DNA of 64,000 nt from an uncultured delta proteobacterium (GCA_963727445.1 CAVSGI010000004.1:220873-284872), one strand, 5' to 3'; numbered from the stretch's first letter, positions 1 to 12,260 are shown. Numbers and translations are program-made. The notes: a model not told the origin generated them from the sequence alone.

Positions 1-236
1 AGCTGATGATCCACACCCGCGAGCAGTTCGGCGTGACGGGCATCGTGATCACCCACGACATGGCGTCGGTCTTCAAGATCGCCGACCGCATCAATTACCT
101 CTATCAGGGACGCATCACCGCTTCCGGTACTCCCGAAGAATTCCTGGCTTCCAGTGACCCCGCGACGCGCGACTTCCTCGAGGCCTCCGGGGTGGGAACT
201 TCGGCGGTCTTCGAGCAGCGCCTCTCGGGCGCCTGA
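1..236 (+). CDS. ABC transporter ATP-binding protein, C-terminal part (MlaF/Mkl-like); 5' partial
   Basis: H-loop VITHDM followed by IADRINYLYQGRITASGTPEEF, typical of the end of MlaF-type ABC ATPases; the frame is open to the window edge. Confidence 0.8.
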   Translation, partial: LMIHTREQFGVTGIVITHDMASVFKIADRINYLYQGRITASGTPEEFLASSDPATRDFLEASGVGTSAVFEQRLSGA

Positions 237-301
237 GCCGCGACCTCGACGGTGTGATGGGCGCCACTTGTGGTGTTAGCGTCCGTCCCTAGGAGGAGCG
301 C

Positions 302-1003
302 ATGCGCGTCATCAGCCCGATCGCCTCGATTCTGATTCTGCTTTCCTTCGCCTGCGGCGGCGGTGGCTCGGCCCAGACGGAAGAGACCACCACCACCAAC
401 TCCATGGACGACCCAATCGTCGACTCCGAGACTTCCGGCACCGTTGGTGACGAGGCCGTGGGGGAGGAGCCGGAGGAGGAAAGCACGGACGCGCCCGAGG
501 TGCCGGTGCCCAGCGGGCCGGTGGAGGTGACGGTCCACCTGAAGGTCGGCGGCGAGCAGGTTCCGGGGACGGTGGTCGTGGCGAACGAGGACGGTGAGAC
601 GGTGGCCGAAGGCGCGTCCGGCGATACCTTCACCGTGGACTCCGGCTTCTATCAGATCACCGGGTCCATCACCGACGCGTCGATCCTCGTCGACACGCCG
701 AGCGTGAGCACGGAGCAGGAGATCCCGGCGGGGGAGCCGCGCAACGTCGACGTGGTATTTCCGCGGGCACTCGTCCGCCTGAACGTGACCCGGGGCGGCC
801 GCGCGATACGCCACCCCGAGGTCACCCTCTTCCGCCAGGGAAGTGAGGAGCCGTCGGCCAGCTTCCGCGTGACCGACGAGCACGTGCCCATCTCACCCGG
901 CCGTTACGAGGCTGACGTCAAGCTGCGCGGCCACGAGATCCGCGTCCGCGGCCTCACCTTCATGGACGGCGCGACGCAGAACATCCCGGTGAACATCGAG
1001 TAG
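302..1003 (+). CDS. Hypothetical lipoprotein with acidic linker and beta-sandwich-like C-terminus
   Basis: RBS AGGAGG upstream; signal with lipobox-like SFAC; Glu/Thr-rich linker. Confidence 0.7.
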   Translation: MRVISPIASILILLSFACGGGGSAQTEETTTTNSMDDPIVDSETSGTVGDEAVGEEPEEESTDAPEVPVPSGPVEVTVHLKVGGEQVPGTVVVANEDGETVAEGASGDTFTVDSGFYQITGSITDASILVDTPSVSTEQEIPAGEPRNVDVVFPRALVRLNVTRGGRAIRHPEVTLFRQGSEEPSASFRVTDEHVPISPGRYEADVKLRGHEIRVRGLTFMDGATQNIPVNIE

Positions 1004-1102
1004 CGGCGACGACGTCAGCTCGACTCGACGCAGAGAGTACGTTCCGGCGCCGACGCGTCGTCCGAGGCAAAGGCGTCCCCGCCGTCGCCCAATGGCGTCG
1101 GT

Positions 1103-1984
1103 TTACTGGCGGGGGTAGTTGCGGACGACGACTTCGCTGACCTTGCCGCGCCGAGAGGCGTTGCAGTTGACGGCGCGCGGCGCGGCGACGGTGTCGATCT
1201 CGAAACCGCGATAGAGGTCGCGGATGAAGGGTACGTCGCTGTTCGAGAGCATGAGCTTGCAGCCGCGGCGGTCGAGGACGCGGTAGACGTCGCGCAGCTT
1301 CACCTGCATGTCGGGGCCGAAGCCGTCCTGGGCGTAGCTGGTGAAGTTCGCGGTGTCGCTGACGGGGGCGTAGGGTGGGTCGAAGTAGACGAAGTCGCCG
1401 GGGCGCGCGTTCTCGAGGAGCGCCTCGAAGCTCGCGTTCTGGATCTCCACGCCGTCGAGCGCCGCGCTCGCGGCCCGCAGCGCCTCGGCGTCGAGGATCT
1501 TCGGGTTCTTGTAGCGCCCGATGGGCACGTTGAACTCGCCGCGACGATTGACGCGGTGCAGACCGTTGAAGCAGGTCTTGTTGAGGTAGATGAAGGTCGC
1601 CGCGCGCTCGTCTTCGTCGAGCTTCGATGCGTTGTAGCGGCGGCGAACCGCGTAATAGGTGTCCTTCTCGTGGCCCTTTGCGGCGAGGCGCTGCAGGTGG
1701 CCGATGACCGAGCCGACCTCGTCGCGGACCATTTGATAGACGTTGATCAGCGCGGGGTTCACGTCGCTCACCAGGGCGCGCCTGGGCTGGCGGCGGAAGA
1801 ACAGAGCGCCGCCCCCGAAGAAGGGCTCGACGTGGCGCATCATCTCCACCCCCGCGGGCAGGAGAGGCTCGAGCTGGCTCAGGATCCGGCCCTTGCCGCC
1901 AACCCACTTCAGGATGGGTGCAGGCGCCCTTTGGGGCGCCTTTTGCAGAGGAATTCGGGCGAGAACAGCAGCGGATGTGGCCAT
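1103..1984 (-). CDS. dam: DNA adenine methyltransferase, D12/Dam family (orphan)
   Basis: Motifs LKWVGGKG, EPFFGGGA, YLNKTCFNGL.RVN..G.FNVP.G, catalytic DPPY and MLSNSD; start uncertain (1984 ATG or 2005). Confidence 0.9.
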   Translation of the reverse strand: MATSAAVLARIPLQKAPQRAPAPILKWVGGKGRILSQLEPLLPAGVEMMRHVEPFFGGGALFFRRQPRRALVSDVNPALINVYQMVRDEVGSVIGHLQRLAAKGHEKDTYYAVRRRYNASKLDEDERAATFIYLNKTCFNGLHRVNRRGEFNVPIGRYKNPKILDAEALRAASAALDGVEIQNASFEALLENARPGDFVYFDPPYAPVSDTANFTSYAQDGFGPDMQVKLRDVYRVLDRRGCKLMLSNSDVPFIRDLYRGFEIDTVAAPRAVNCNASRRGKVSEVVVRNYPRQ

Positions 1985-2055
1985 ATGTCGGACACTATCC
2001 GACACTGTCCTACATCCGAAAAAAGCGACAGATCGGGGGTATTCTGGGGGACGTC

Positions 2056-2613
2056 ATGATCCCAGCGCCCACCGGTCCCTGTCCCCGTTGTCACGTCGCC
2101 CTGCGTCCAGCCGAGGTTCACGGCATCGGCCTGCACGGATGCATGCAATGCGGGGGGTTGTGGCTCGACTTCGCGGCGACCGGGAAGGTCCTGTCGTCGA
2201 TGGACGGCGGTGCGCTCGAGCTGGCCGACCAGGCTGCGCGCGCTGCCCAGACAGCGGTCGACACCTCCCAAACGGGGCTCGCCTGTCCGGTCTGCTTTCA
2301 GCCCTTGTCGCGCCTGCACGTCGGCGGGACGACGGTCGAGGTCGATCGCTGCAACGAGCACGGCACCTGGTTCGATCGCAACGAGCTGCGCCAGGCGGCC
2401 GAACAGGTCGCGAGCCGGCGCGGCGCGGCGGCGCCTCGGGGCGCGGTGGCCGCCGCCGCCAACGGCGAGTACTCGCTCAGCAACGATCCGCGCTTCGCCG
2501 ATTGCTTCGACGACGACGACGGAGATTACGATGACGATTCGGTCGGCGAGAGCGTGGCCCTCGCCGGCGCCTTCGTTCTCTTCGACGTGCTGCTCAGCTT
2601 CCTCGACAGTTGA
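2056..2613 (+). CDS. zf-TFIIB-type double zinc-ribbon protein
   Basis: CPRC...CMQCGGLWLD and CPVC...DRCNEHGTWFDRNEL; acidic tail and hydrophobic C-terminus. Confidence 0.8.
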   Translation: MIPAPTGPCPRCHVALRPAEVHGIGLHGCMQCGGLWLDFAATGKVLSSMDGGALELADQAARAAQTAVDTSQTGLACPVCFQPLSRLHVGGTTVEVDRCNEHGTWFDRNELRQAAEQVASRRGAAAPRGAVAAAANGEYSLSNDPRFADCFDDDDGDYDDDSVGESVALAGAFVLFDVLLSFLDS

Positions 2614-2628
2614 GGCGCCGAGCGCCTG

Positions 2629-3906
<1,278 letters not shown>

Positions 3907-4047
3907 GAGGGGGCGGACTGTAGCAGACGGAGCCTCCTCTCAATATCGTTCAGATATTCCTCGTCGTTCTTCCCCGCGATCGCACCCGCCGCGCTCACCG
4001 ATCCATCACGTGCCATTTGTGAGATGTGTTCTAGGCTTCACGCCGTG

Positions 4048-4938
4048 ATGAAGCGGCTCATTCTCGTCCTCCTCTTGGCTGGGTGTGCGGACAGCGGGCG
4101 CGCCACCGTGGACTCCGGCAGCCGGGACAGTGGTGCCTACGACACGGGCACGGCCGACGACGGCGGATCCGACGGAGCGCCGGCGGATACCGGCGTCACG
4201 GATACGGGGAGCGCGGACACCGGGGGCGCGGACACGAGCGCCGCGGACAGCGGCACCGCCGACACCGGGTCATCGGATTCCGCGACGGCCGACACCGGGA
4301 CGAGCGATGGTGGCGGCAGCGCCATCGTGGTCGACGGCAACATCGGCGCGACCGAATGGGCCGGCGCCGTGGAGGCGACCAACGGTGAGACCTCCATCTG
4401 GGGCACGAACGCCTTCACCCGCATGCTGGCCACCATCCGAGGCGACACCTTCTACCTGGCGATCGAAGGACAGCTCGAGTCGGGAGCCGAGAACGCGCTC
4501 GTCGTCTACGTAGACAATCAGCGTGGCTCGGCGGTGGGCGTGGTCGATCCGATCAATCTCACCGATGGGACGGGGGCCCTCGACAACGCGGTGAGCGCCG
4601 GCATCACCACCCCCACCGACGTGCGGGTGGACTTCGCCTGGGGCACGCGCGACTTCGGCCGCGCAGAGAGCGGCTTCGACGACCGCATGGGATGGCGAGA
4701 CGTCGCGACCAATCCGAGCAACTTCAGTTGGCTGGATGCGACCGATGGACCGACGGTGTGCAGCGCGACGGCCTGTGAGACCTCCATCGCGCTCTCGCGC
4801 CTCGGCGGCTCTGGCGACATCGCGCTCTTCGGCCGCCTGGTGAACACCGACGGCACGATGATCTCGAATCAATGCGTGCCCGAGGACAATCCGGACATGC
4901 CGAACGTCGTGATGACGGTCCTCACGGTCGCCCGCTGA
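4048..4938 (+). CDS. Lipoprotein with DTG/DSG-repeat linker and a DOMON/CBM9-like domain
   Basis: Lipobox LAGC; low-complexity DTG repeats; IVVDGNIGATEW...FYLAIEG resembles CBM9/DOMON-like domain starts. Confidence 0.65.
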   Translation: MKRLILVLLLAGCADSGRATVDSGSRDSGAYDTGTADDGGSDGAPADTGVTDTGSADTGGADTSAADSGTADTGSSDSATADTGTSDGGGSAIVVDGNIGATEWAGAVEATNGETSIWGTNAFTRMLATIRGDTFYLAIEGQLESGAENALVVYVDNQRGSAVGVVDPINLTDGTGALDNAVSAGITTPTDVRVDFAWGTRDFGRAESGFDDRMGWRDVATNPSNFSWLDATDGPTVCSATACETSIALSRLGGSGDIALFGRLVNTDGTMISNQCVPEDNPDMPNVVMTVLTVAR

Positions 4939-5684
4939 TGCGGGACGTCATCGCGATCCGAAACCTGGCGCTCGACTGCATCGTCGGCGTCTACCCGCAC
5001 GAGCGCGACACGCCGCAGCGCCTGGTGCTGGACGTGGAGCTCGAGCTCGACATCGAGGAGGCGGCGCGGACCGAGTTGATCGGCCGCACCATCAACTACG
5101 ACCTCACCTCGGCGCAGCTGGTCTTCCTGCTCCAGAGCTGCCGCTTTCGGCTCATCGAGACCGCGGCGCATGCGCTCTGCCGCTATCTGCTGGCGCCCCC
5201 CGCCCCGGGCGTTCGGCGCGCGCAGGTCGCGCGGGTTCGCCTCGAGATGACCAAGCCCGAAGCGCTCGGCGGGGCGGCGGTTCCGTCGCTGAGGGTGGAG
5301 CGCGACGCGGCGTGGGCCGGCGTCTACGCGCAAGAGCGAAAGCCCTTCGGCCTGGTGGACATCATTCACGAGACGAGCGAGGCCGGCATCTACCGGCTCA
5401 ACCTCGAGCCGGGCGGCGTGATCCCCATGCACGTCCACCGCCGCATGCAGGAGAGCGAGATGGTGCTGGGCGACGGAATCGAGTGCCAGAACGAGCCCGC
5501 GCCCTTGGGCACCGTTCGGCGCTGGCCCTTCGGAGCGCCCCACACCTACCGGAACACCAGCGAGTCCTTTCAGTCGATTCTATGCGTCGATTGCCCGCCA
5601 TTCGACCCGAGTGACGAGGTCGAGGTGGAAGAAGAAGCGGCTGACGTGCCCATCGAGCCGGGGTGGCGCGAGGGCGCGGCGTGA
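4938..5684 (+). CDS. folB: Dihydroneopterin aldolase fused to a C-terminal cupin domain
   Basis: N-terminal IVGVYPHER..PQRL.LD...TINYD...FRLIE..A...KPEA (FolB); C-terminal IPMHVHRRMQESE...PHTYRN (cupin); TGATG coupling to the upstream gene. Confidence 0.85.
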   Translation: MRDVIAIRNLALDCIVGVYPHERDTPQRLVLDVELELDIEEAARTELIGRTINYDLTSAQLVFLLQSCRFRLIETAAHALCRYLLAPPAPGVRRAQVARVRLEMTKPEALGGAAVPSLRVERDAAWAGVYAQERKPFGLVDIIHETSEAGIYRLNLEPGGVIPMHVHRRMQESEMVLGDGIECQNEPAPLGTVRRWPFGAPHTYRNTSESFQSILCVDCPPFDPSDEVEVEEEAADVPIEPGWREGAA

Positions 5685-6464
5685 AGATCAGCGAGGGGCG
5701 GGTGCTGGTCACCGGGGCGAGCCGCGGCATCGGTCGGGCCATCGCCGAGGACCTGGTCGCGGCGGGCGCGCGCGTCTTCGCCACCGGGCGCGACGCCGAT
5801 GCGCTGCGCAGCCTCCGTCAGACCGCGCCCGAATCGCATCGCGACCTTCGAGGCAGAGCTGACCGACGCCAAGAGTCGGGGGCGCCTCCTCGATTTCGCG
5901 ACCCGTCTCTGGGAAGGGCTCGACGGTCTGGTCTCGGCGGCCGGGGTCGTCCGCTACGAAGAAGCGCTCGCGATGGACGAAGCATCGCTCCGCGCGCAGC
6001 TCGAGGTGAACCTGGTCGCGCCCGCGCTTTTGGTGCGCGACTTCGCGAAGCACTTACGTAAGAGTGAGGCGCCGGGAGCGGTGGTGCTGGTCGGCTCGAC
6101 GCTCGCGACCCATCCGGCCCCGATGACCGCGGCCTATGCAGCGAGCAAAGCAGGGCTCGCGGCGCTCGCGCGCACCTTCGCCCTGGAGCTCGGGCCCCAT
6201 GGGATCCGGGTCAACGCGGTGGCGCCAGGGTTGGTCGACACCGAGATGATCCGTGTGCCTCGCCTTCGCGAGGGGGAGCCGGAGCCGTCGGGCGAAGAGC
6301 GTGAGGCGCGGATCGTGGCGCAGCTCGCGGAGCTGGGCGGGCTCAGCCTGCTCGGGCGCTTGGGCAAGCCGGCGGAGATCGCGGAGGCGGTTCGCTATCT
6401 CCTCGATGCGCCCTTCGTGACCGGGCACGTCTACGTCGCCGATGGCGGTCTCACGGTCGCCTGA
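5681..6464 (+). CDS. SDR family oxidoreductase (possibly pteridine reductase/FolM-like); apparent frameshift near 5825-5835
   Basis: TGASRGIG in one frame; YAASK, RVNAVAPG and DGG in the next frame; GTGA overlap with folB. Confidence 0.8.
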
Positions 6465-6479
6465 CGCGGCGCTAAGCAG

Positions 6480-7118
6480 CTATTGCTCGCGGCGGAACGA
6501 CTCGACGAGCTCGGTGAAGGGCGCTTCCGCGCGCGCCATCAGCGAGGTGTCGCCGACCATCTTGAAGAACACCGGCCCCTCGGGGCCTTCGACGATCGCG
6601 CCGAGCATGCGCTGATCACCGGAGGGCGCACCGGTGCGGCCGCCCATGTCTCCGCCGGTGAAGGTGCCGGTGACGTCGATGACGGTGACGTTCATGTCGT
6701 TCACCGTGCGCTGACTGATGTTCGGCTGGGTGCCCTCGGGCAGTTGGAACTGACCGACCCAGCGGGCGATGTTCGCTTGGACGCTGCCGCCCTGCCCGGC
6801 GCCGAAGTAGAAGACGGTCATCGTCGCGGCTTGCTCGCCTTCCTGTTCGGGGAAGAGGTACTCGGCCGCGCGCATCGACGAGGAGGGGGCCTGTGCTCGA
6901 AAGGGGGAGGGGACCTCCCACGCGACGCCGCCGACGGGGGGACCACCCGTGCGGGTCGGTGCCTGTGCCTGCTCGATGTCGAGGCCAGCGTGAGGATCGG
7001 CGGGGGCCGACGGATTGCCTTCGGAGGCCGCGGTGGTGGTCGTGGCGGGTGCGGGCTCGGGCTCGTCCTCGCAGGCGACGCAGAAAAGGAGCAGTGAAAT
7101 CGTGGCGAGGGTGCGCAT
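6480..7118 (-). CDS. Conserved hypothetical lipoprotein
   Basis: Signal MRTLATISLLLFCVAC; conserved-looking core SSMRAAEY...GGSVQANIARWVGQF...GPVFFKMVG. Confidence 0.7.
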   Translation of the reverse strand: MRTLATISLLLFCVACEDEPEPAPATTTTAASEGNPSAPADPHAGLDIEQAQAPTRTGGPPVGGVAWEVPSPFRAQAPSSSMRAAEYLFPEQEGEQAATMTVFYFGAGQGGSVQANIARWVGQFQLPEGTQPNISQRTVNDMNVTVIDVTGTFTGGDMGGRTGAPSGDQRMLGAIVEGPEGPVFFKMVGDTSLMARAEAPFTELVESFRREQ

Positions 7119-7203
7119 GGCTCTGGGGTACACGTCCCCGCCGCGCCTCACAAGGATGCGCGATAGTTGACCTTCGAACTTGGACATCCGTACAGTCCTG
7201 CGC

Positions 7204-9672
7204 ATGAGCGCAGGTACCTTCGACTCCGACCCACAGGCCTTTCTCCAGCGGCAGAAGAAGCCCTGGGCAGCCGCCCGAGGGCTCTCGGCGGTGTTGCGCA
7301 AGTGGCATCGAGACGGGGGCTATCAACGCGCGTTCGTCCTCGACCGTGAGCTTCCCGGTCGCGAGGGCCGCAGCGTCCCGATCCCCGAGGATCTCGCCGA
7401 GGGAGTCGCGGCCGCGCTCTCGAAGCGAGGCGTCGAAGCGCTCTACGATCATCAAGCGCGTGCCTACGCGCTCGCCAAGGGTGGGCGCGACGTGGTGATC
7501 GCGACGCCCACCGCGTCGGGCAAGAGCCTCTGTTACAACCTGCCCGTTCTCGACGCGCTGAGCGCGCGATCCCGAAGCGCGCGCGCTCTATCTCTTCCCG
7601 ACCAAGGCGCTGTCGCGCGATCAAGAGGACGCGCTGCGCGCGCTCATGCGCGACGCCGGGCTCGCGCACGGCGCGATCACCTACGACGGAGACACGCCGG
7701 GCGACGCGCGGCGCGCGGCGCGGGAGCGGAGCGGCGTGCTGCTCACGAACCCCGACATGCTCCACGCGGGGATCCTTCCGCATCACGCGAGCTGGGCGCG
7801 CCTCTTCGCGAACCTGCGCTACGTCGTCATCGACGAGCTCCACAGCTACCGCGGCGTCTTCGGCAGTCACCTGGCGAACGTGATCCGGCGCCTGTCGCGC
7901 ATCGCCGAGTTTCACGGTTCGAAGCCCGTCTTCCTCTTCGCGTCGGCGACCATCGGCAATCCAGGCGATCACGCGTCGCGGATGATCGGGCGCGACGTGA
8001 CGGTCATCGACGAGAGCGGTGCTCCTGCGGGGCCGCGGCGGGTGATGGTCTACAATCCGCCGGTCATCAATCCGGAGCTCGGGATCCGGCGGAGCTATCT
8101 GAAGTGCGCGGTGCAGGTCGCGGCGGATCTGGTGCGCGCCGACGTCTCGACCCTTGTCTTCGGTCAGTCGCGCAACGGGGTCGAGGTGATGCTGAAGTAC
8201 CTCCGCGACCGCCTCGCGGCCGACAAGATCCCGGCTGACGTGATCCACGCCTATCGCGGCGGCTACCTGCCGGACACGAGGCGGCGCATCGAGGCGGACC
8301 TGCGCGCCGGCAAGATCAAGTGCGTCGTCGCCACCAACGCCCTCGAGCTGGGGATCGACATCGGCAGCCTCGACGCCGTGGTCTGCGCCGGCTACCCGGG
8401 CAACGTCGCCGCGCTCTGGCAGCGTTTCGGCCGCGGCGGCCGGCGGGCGACGGAGAGCCTCGCGGTGCTGGTCGCGTCGAGCGATGCCCCTCGACCAGTA
8501 CCTGGCGAGCGACCCGGAGCAGATCGTCGGCGCGCCGGTGGAGCACGCGCGCATCGATCCGGACAACGTCGAGATCCTCGTGCAGCACCTGAAGTGCGCC
8601 GCCTTCGAGCTGCCCTTCGAGGAGGGTGACGCGTTCGGCGACGTGCCCGCAGAAGCGGTGAGCGACGCTCTGGGCTTCTTGGCGAAGCACGCGGTGCTTC
8701 ATCCGGCGCCCGGTGCCTCGGGCAAGACCGTCTACCACTGGGCGACCGACGCCTACCCCGCCAACGCACGTGTCGCCTGCGCATCGTCGGCTGGGACAAC
8801 TTCGTGATCATCGACCTCGAGACGCGACGAGACCATCGCCGAGATGGACTGGCGCGAGCACCCACACCATGCTGCACGAGCAGGCCATCTATCAGCACGC
8901 GGCGGAGCAGTACCAGGTCGAGCGCCTCGACTTCGAGAACCACAAGGCCTTCGTGCGCAAGGTCAAGCCCGACTACTACACGACGGCGATGACCCACACC
9001 AACGTGAGCGTCTACGAAGAGGAGGACGGCGCCTTCGTGAAGCTGGGCGGAAGCGTTCGGACTCGGCGGCCGGTGCCGGCGAGGTGAGCGTCGTCGAGAA
9101 GGTCGTCGGCTACAAGAAGATCAAGTTCCACACCCACGAGAACGTCGGCTACGGCGACGTGCACCTGCCGGAGATGCAGATGCACACGACGAGCTTCTGG
9201 CTGACCTTCCCCGAGGAGCTGGTGCGCTCGCTTCGGCGTGCCGCGGGCCGCGGTGGTGCGACGCGCTGCGCGGTCTCGCGAACGCGATGCACACGGTGGC
9301 GTCCGTCGGGCTGATGATCGACCCGCGCGACCTCGGTGCACAGCCTCGGCGATCGCAAGCGACGAGGGCGGCACGCCCGACAAGGCGCCCGGCGAGGGGC
9401 CCGGCTTCGACCCGACGATCTTCCTCTACGACCACATCCCCGGCGGCGTCGGCCTCGCGCCGCGGCTCTTCGGGTCGAGCGGGAGACGCTGCTGCGCCGC
9501 ACGCGGCGCCTCGTCGAGAGCTGCGCGTGCGAAGCGGGCTGCCCCGCATGCATCGGGCCCGAAGCCGGCATCGGCACCATCCAAGAAGGACCTGCGCAGA
9601 AGAAACCGGTCGCGCGAAAAGCCCTCGCCCTCGACGTCCTCGACGCCATCGGCGTGACGGCGATCGCACTGA
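7204..9672 (+). CDS. DEAD/DEAH-box helicase with C-terminal DUF1998 Zn domain (MrfA/YprA/SftH family); multiple apparent frameshifts
   Basis: Pieced across frames: TPTASGKS, DELH, SAT, HAYRGGY, ATNALELGIDIG, QRFGRGGR, FLYDHIPGGVG, CACEAGCPAC. Confidence 0.85.
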
Positions 9673-11074
9673 TGAAGCTCTCCGACAAGCTCGCCCGCCT
9701 CGAGAAGGCTGGGGCGTTCGGAGCCGCAGGGCCCGTGGAGACTCGCTTCGCGAGTCGGAACGCGACCGGAGCGCAGGACGCCCCTGCCGGGAGTGCATCC
9801 TTTGGTGACACGCGCCTCCTCTCGCCCATGCCCGAGAGCGACGTGCGCACCGCGCGAGCGGCGCGCGCGCATCGCGCGTCTCAAGGAGATGATGGATGGC
9901 GTCGCCGCGCGGCAGCAGAGCCGCCTCCTCGAGCTCGCCCACCGCGAGCCGGCGCCGCTCTACGAGCTGCCCGGTGAGACGCACGAGACCGCGCACGGTG
10001 CGCTCCACGTCGTCGAGCAGCACCTCGAGCCATCCCATCATCACGGCCGCGTCCCGGTGCGGAGCGCCCTCGCGGTCGACCCCGCGCTCGTCGCGCGCCT
10101 CGCCCTCGACCCGAGCCTCGCGGACGTCGATCCGAAGAAGCTCCTCTTCATCGACACCGAGACCACGGGCCTGAGCGGCGGCACCGGCACGCTGCCGTTC
10201 CTCCTCGGCATGGCCTTCTTCGAGGACGAGTCTCTCTGCGTGCGCCAGCTCTTCCTTCCGCGCCCCGGCGCCGAGGCGCCGATGCTTCGCGACCTCGCCC
10301 GGCGCTGCGAGGAGGCGTCGGCGATCGTCAGCTACAACGGCAAGGCCTTCGACTGGCCGCTCCTGCGCACGCGCTTCGTGATGAACCGCGTGCCCGTGCC
10401 CCGGGTGCCGCCTCATCTCGACCTGCTCCACGCGGTCGCGGCGCGTCTACAAGAGGCGCCTCGAGCGCGTGCGGCTCCTTCACGTCGAGGTGGACGTCCT
10501 CGGCATGACCCGCGAGCACGACATCGACGGCGCGGAGATCCCGGGCATCTATACCCAGTACCTGCGCGGCGATCTCGATCCGCGGATGCCGGTGGTGATC
10601 GAGCACAACGCCAACGACCTGATCGCCCTCGCCGCGATCCTGGGTCGCATCGCGGGCGACTTCGTCGCGGTGCGCGAGGCCGACGATCCGCGCGACCACC
10701 TGGGTTTCGCGGAGGTGGCCGAACGCGCCAAGGACGGCGAGCGCGCACGGCGCTTCGCCGAGGCGGCCCTCTACGGAGGGGGAGGCCGCGAGGTCACGGT
10801 GCCGGCAGGGCTCCTCGCCGCGCGCGTGGCGCGGCGCGCGGGCGACGTCGAAGGGGAGGGCAAAGCGCTCTCCTACGCGCTTTCGATGCTCGAAACGGAT
10901 GGCGACCTCCTGGCCGCGGAGGTCCATCTCGCCCTCGCCAAGCACCACGAGCATCGCACCAAGGACCTCGGCGCCGCCCTCGAGCACGCCCGTCACACCG
11001 TCCCTGCCGAGACCGCGACGCTTTCGGCCAAGCGCGTGAGCCGTCTCGAAGCGCGCCGCCAGCGTAATCGGTGA
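9672..11074 (+). CDS. RNase_H_2/DEDD exonuclease with TPR-like C-terminus (MrfB/YprB family); apparent frameshifts near 9860 and 10435
   Basis: MKLSDKLARL start; LFIDTETTGL, SYNGKAFDWP, HLDLLH, HNANDL; lies directly downstream of the DUF1998 helicase. Confidence 0.8.
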
Positions 11075-11135
11075 GCCGCGGGCGGCGACTCCCGCTCCGC
11101 GGCCGGCTGACGACGGTTGTCGCTTCGTCAGGCCT

Positions 11136-12260
11136 TTGTCCCGTATGCTCCGGGCCGTGCGCCGAAAGGCAAAGGCCACCCTCATGGCAGCCCTCTTGCT
11201 GCTGACCTGCACGACGGCGCAGGCGGACGACGTCCTGGCCGGGATCTTCGTCCGCGGCGACACCGATACCACCACCGTCATCAGCCCCAAGGCGGAGCTC
11301 ACCGCGGGCATCGTCGACGACTCGACCACGGTGACCGCCGGCTACGCCGCCGACATCTGGACCAGCGCGTCCATCGACATCCGCACCATGGCGACCCAGG
11401 CCGTCTCGGAGCAGCGCGACGAGCTGACCGCGGGCGTCGCCAGAGAGATGACCGACGTCACCCTTCGCGGCGGCTACCGTTTCTCGCACGAGCCGGACTA
11501 CGTCTCTCACGGCGGCACGCTCTCGGTGGTTCAGCGCCTGGCCGAAGGCGCCGCCACCATCGAGACCGGGCTCACCGCCGCCTTCGATACGGTCGGCCGC
11601 TCGGGGGACGAGTCCTTCTCTCGCGGGCTCTCCACCGTCGGCTTTCGGCTGGCGTATACCCAGGTCCTCGATCCATCGACGGTGCTACAGGGCGCTTACG
11701 AGCTGATGCGGCGCGACGGCTATCAGGCGAGCCCCTACCATTTCGTCGGGCTCGGCGGCGACGGCCTCTGCAACGGCACCGCCCAGCTCTGCGTGGCCGA
11801 GAGCCATCCATCGATCCGCTGGCGCAACGCCTGGGTCGTGCGTCTGAGACGCGCTCTCGGCGATCAGTGGTCGACCGGCCTCGATTACCGCTTCTATGTG
11901 GACGATTGGGGGATCGCGTCGCACACCGCGAGCGCCCAGGTGATCTGGCTCCCCGACGAAGATTCGCAGGTCATCGCGCGCTACCGCTTCTACTGGCAGG
12001 GCGCCGCGGACTTCTACCAATCCGTGTACGCGATGACGGCCGAGCGGCAAAGGTACGTGACCCGCGATCGCGAGCTGTCGCCCATGAGCACCCAGCGCCT
12101 GGTGCTGGCCTACCAGCGCACCTTCGAGCTCACCGAGGCCGGACCCGCCACCACCATGACCCTGTCGGTCGGCGGCACCATCCTCGACTACCGCGACTTC
12201 AACGGTCTGGACACGGTGGCCGCGCTCGACGCCTCCCTTTCGCTTTCGGTGGAGCTGTGA
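11136..12260 (+). CDS. DUF3570 family outer-membrane beta-barrel protein
   Basis: Signal peptide; DTTTVISP, DIWTSASIDI, SHEPDYVS, YRFYVDDWGIASHT, RYRFYWQGAADFY, TRDRELS. Confidence 0.8.
   Translation: MSRMLRAVRRKAKATLMAALLLLTCTTAQADDVLAGIFVRGDTDTTTVISPKAELTAGIVDDSTTVTAGYAADIWTSASIDIRTMATQAVSEQRDELTAGVAREMTDVTLRGGYRFSHEPDYVSHGGTLSVVQRLAEGAATIETGLTAAFDTVGRSGDESFSRGLSTVGFRLAYTQVLDPSTVLQGAYELMRRDGYQASPYHFVGLGGDGLCNGTAQLCVAESHPSIRWRNAWVVRLRRALGDQWSTGLDYRFYVDDWGIASHTASAQVIWLPDEDSQVIARYRFYWQGAADFYQSVYAMTAERQRYVTRDRELSPMSTQRLVLAYQRTFELTEAGPATTMTLSVGGTILDYRDFNGLDTVAALDASLSLSVEL

Noticed and set aside
4110..4320. DTG/DSG repeat tract
   Set aside because: Ordinary flexible lipoprotein linker; similar linkers occur in several proteins in this window.
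7204..9672. DUF1998 helicase as a DISARM/Druantia defence component
   Set aside because: It is paired with a YprB-like exonuclease and lacks adjacent drm/dru genes. The methylase and PLD in the window are unlinked.
9336..9977. Apparent helicase-exonuclease fusion (…GVTAIAL-MKLSDKLARL…)
   Set aside because: A TGATG junction is present at 9670-9674 and the region is full of indels, so two coupled genes are more likely.
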